From Dicyema japonicum (lineage: Eukaryota; Animalia; Dicyemida): a stretch of 64,000 nt of DNA. The stretch spans positions 1 through 64,000 of the forward strand of contig RDEW01000061.1 of NCBI GenBank assembly GCA_011109175.1. Reading direction: 5' to 3'. A program made the translations under genes and the position numbers. Every line of letters begins with the position of its first letter. The stretch's first letter is position 1. Below, in pieces: positions 63,483 to 64,000 of this stretch. Below the pieces are notes generated by a model that did not search any database, had not been told where the DNA came from, and worked only from the letters and a program-made list of their open reading frames with translations.

Positions 63483-64000
63483 CAGATAGGTAATGAAATA
63501 AAGAACCATCTGATGCAATGATGGTTGGGCTCGAATTCCTTCGACCATCTTAGATTAAAACTCCCTGCCTAGAGGAGAACCAAAGGATTATTAATTTAAA
63601 TTAACCTATGTTACAACGAGAAAGAATTTAACTGTTAACAAACAATTTAATGTATCTAGCTCCTACGGTCATTAAAGAAGACTTTCTAATATCACACAAG
63701 TCCATCCAGAAGCAGGGAAAAGGGAAAAAACATCATTCCATGTCCTTTCAAATGAAGTTAACCGGTGGTTAAAAGGAATGTAACTTCCAAAAATGGACCC
63801 TCATAGAGATCCGTCGAGTATATCTTGTGTGGCACAGAAATCGAAGGCGGATCAGAACAAAGAGGTGGCCTGTCCTGTGGGGCCGTCTAGCAAACAGAAA
63901 GGGAAAAACGACGATTCTGATCAAATAGTCTAATTGATCAGTCTGGCGATCTCAGCGAAGACGCACCAAGTGGACGCTAACTTCCTTCCTTAGGGAAGTT

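Noticed and set aside
63700-64000. Start of another element or ORF (MDPHRDPSS...VACPV)
   Set aside because: Short, interrupted by a stop and truncated by the window edge; cannot be classified.

Overview
AT-rich metazoan DNA with one 511-N scaffold gap (1733-2243). Nine compact, intact or near-intact host genes are recognisable: NDUFA4-like, STYXL1, a classical dynamin, PPP1R42, PCID2, Crk, an actin, a ZFP36/TIS11 CCCH protein and a WDR88-like WD40 protein. Their GT-AG introns are only about 20-33 nt. Together with cilium-associated genes, this points (by inference) to a dicyemid mesozoan or similar miniaturised-intron animal. The intergenic space is almost entirely nested mobile DNA: Vingi/Ingi-like LINEs (one with an intact 2A peptide DIEANPGP), RTE LINEs, CRE-clade and R4/Dong-like REL retroelements, a Tigger/pogo transposon, hAT remnants, a Ginger-like integrase transposon with host-sized micro-introns, and at least three SINE-like families. 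The most unusual observations are: (1) the micro-intron-bearing Ginger element; (2) a mosaic actin with conventional ends and a divergent core; (3) a SINE-like family with an HDV-ribozyme-like pseudoknot; (4) a CRE element with an N-terminal PHD finger; (5) short templated copies of neighbouring genes; (6) a 1.07-kb duplication carrying only one copy of a target-site duplication (TSD). All alignments and protein identifications were done by eye from remembered family motifs, with no database searches. Scattered 1-nt indels suggest long-read consensus errors, so some frameshifts may be artefacts.
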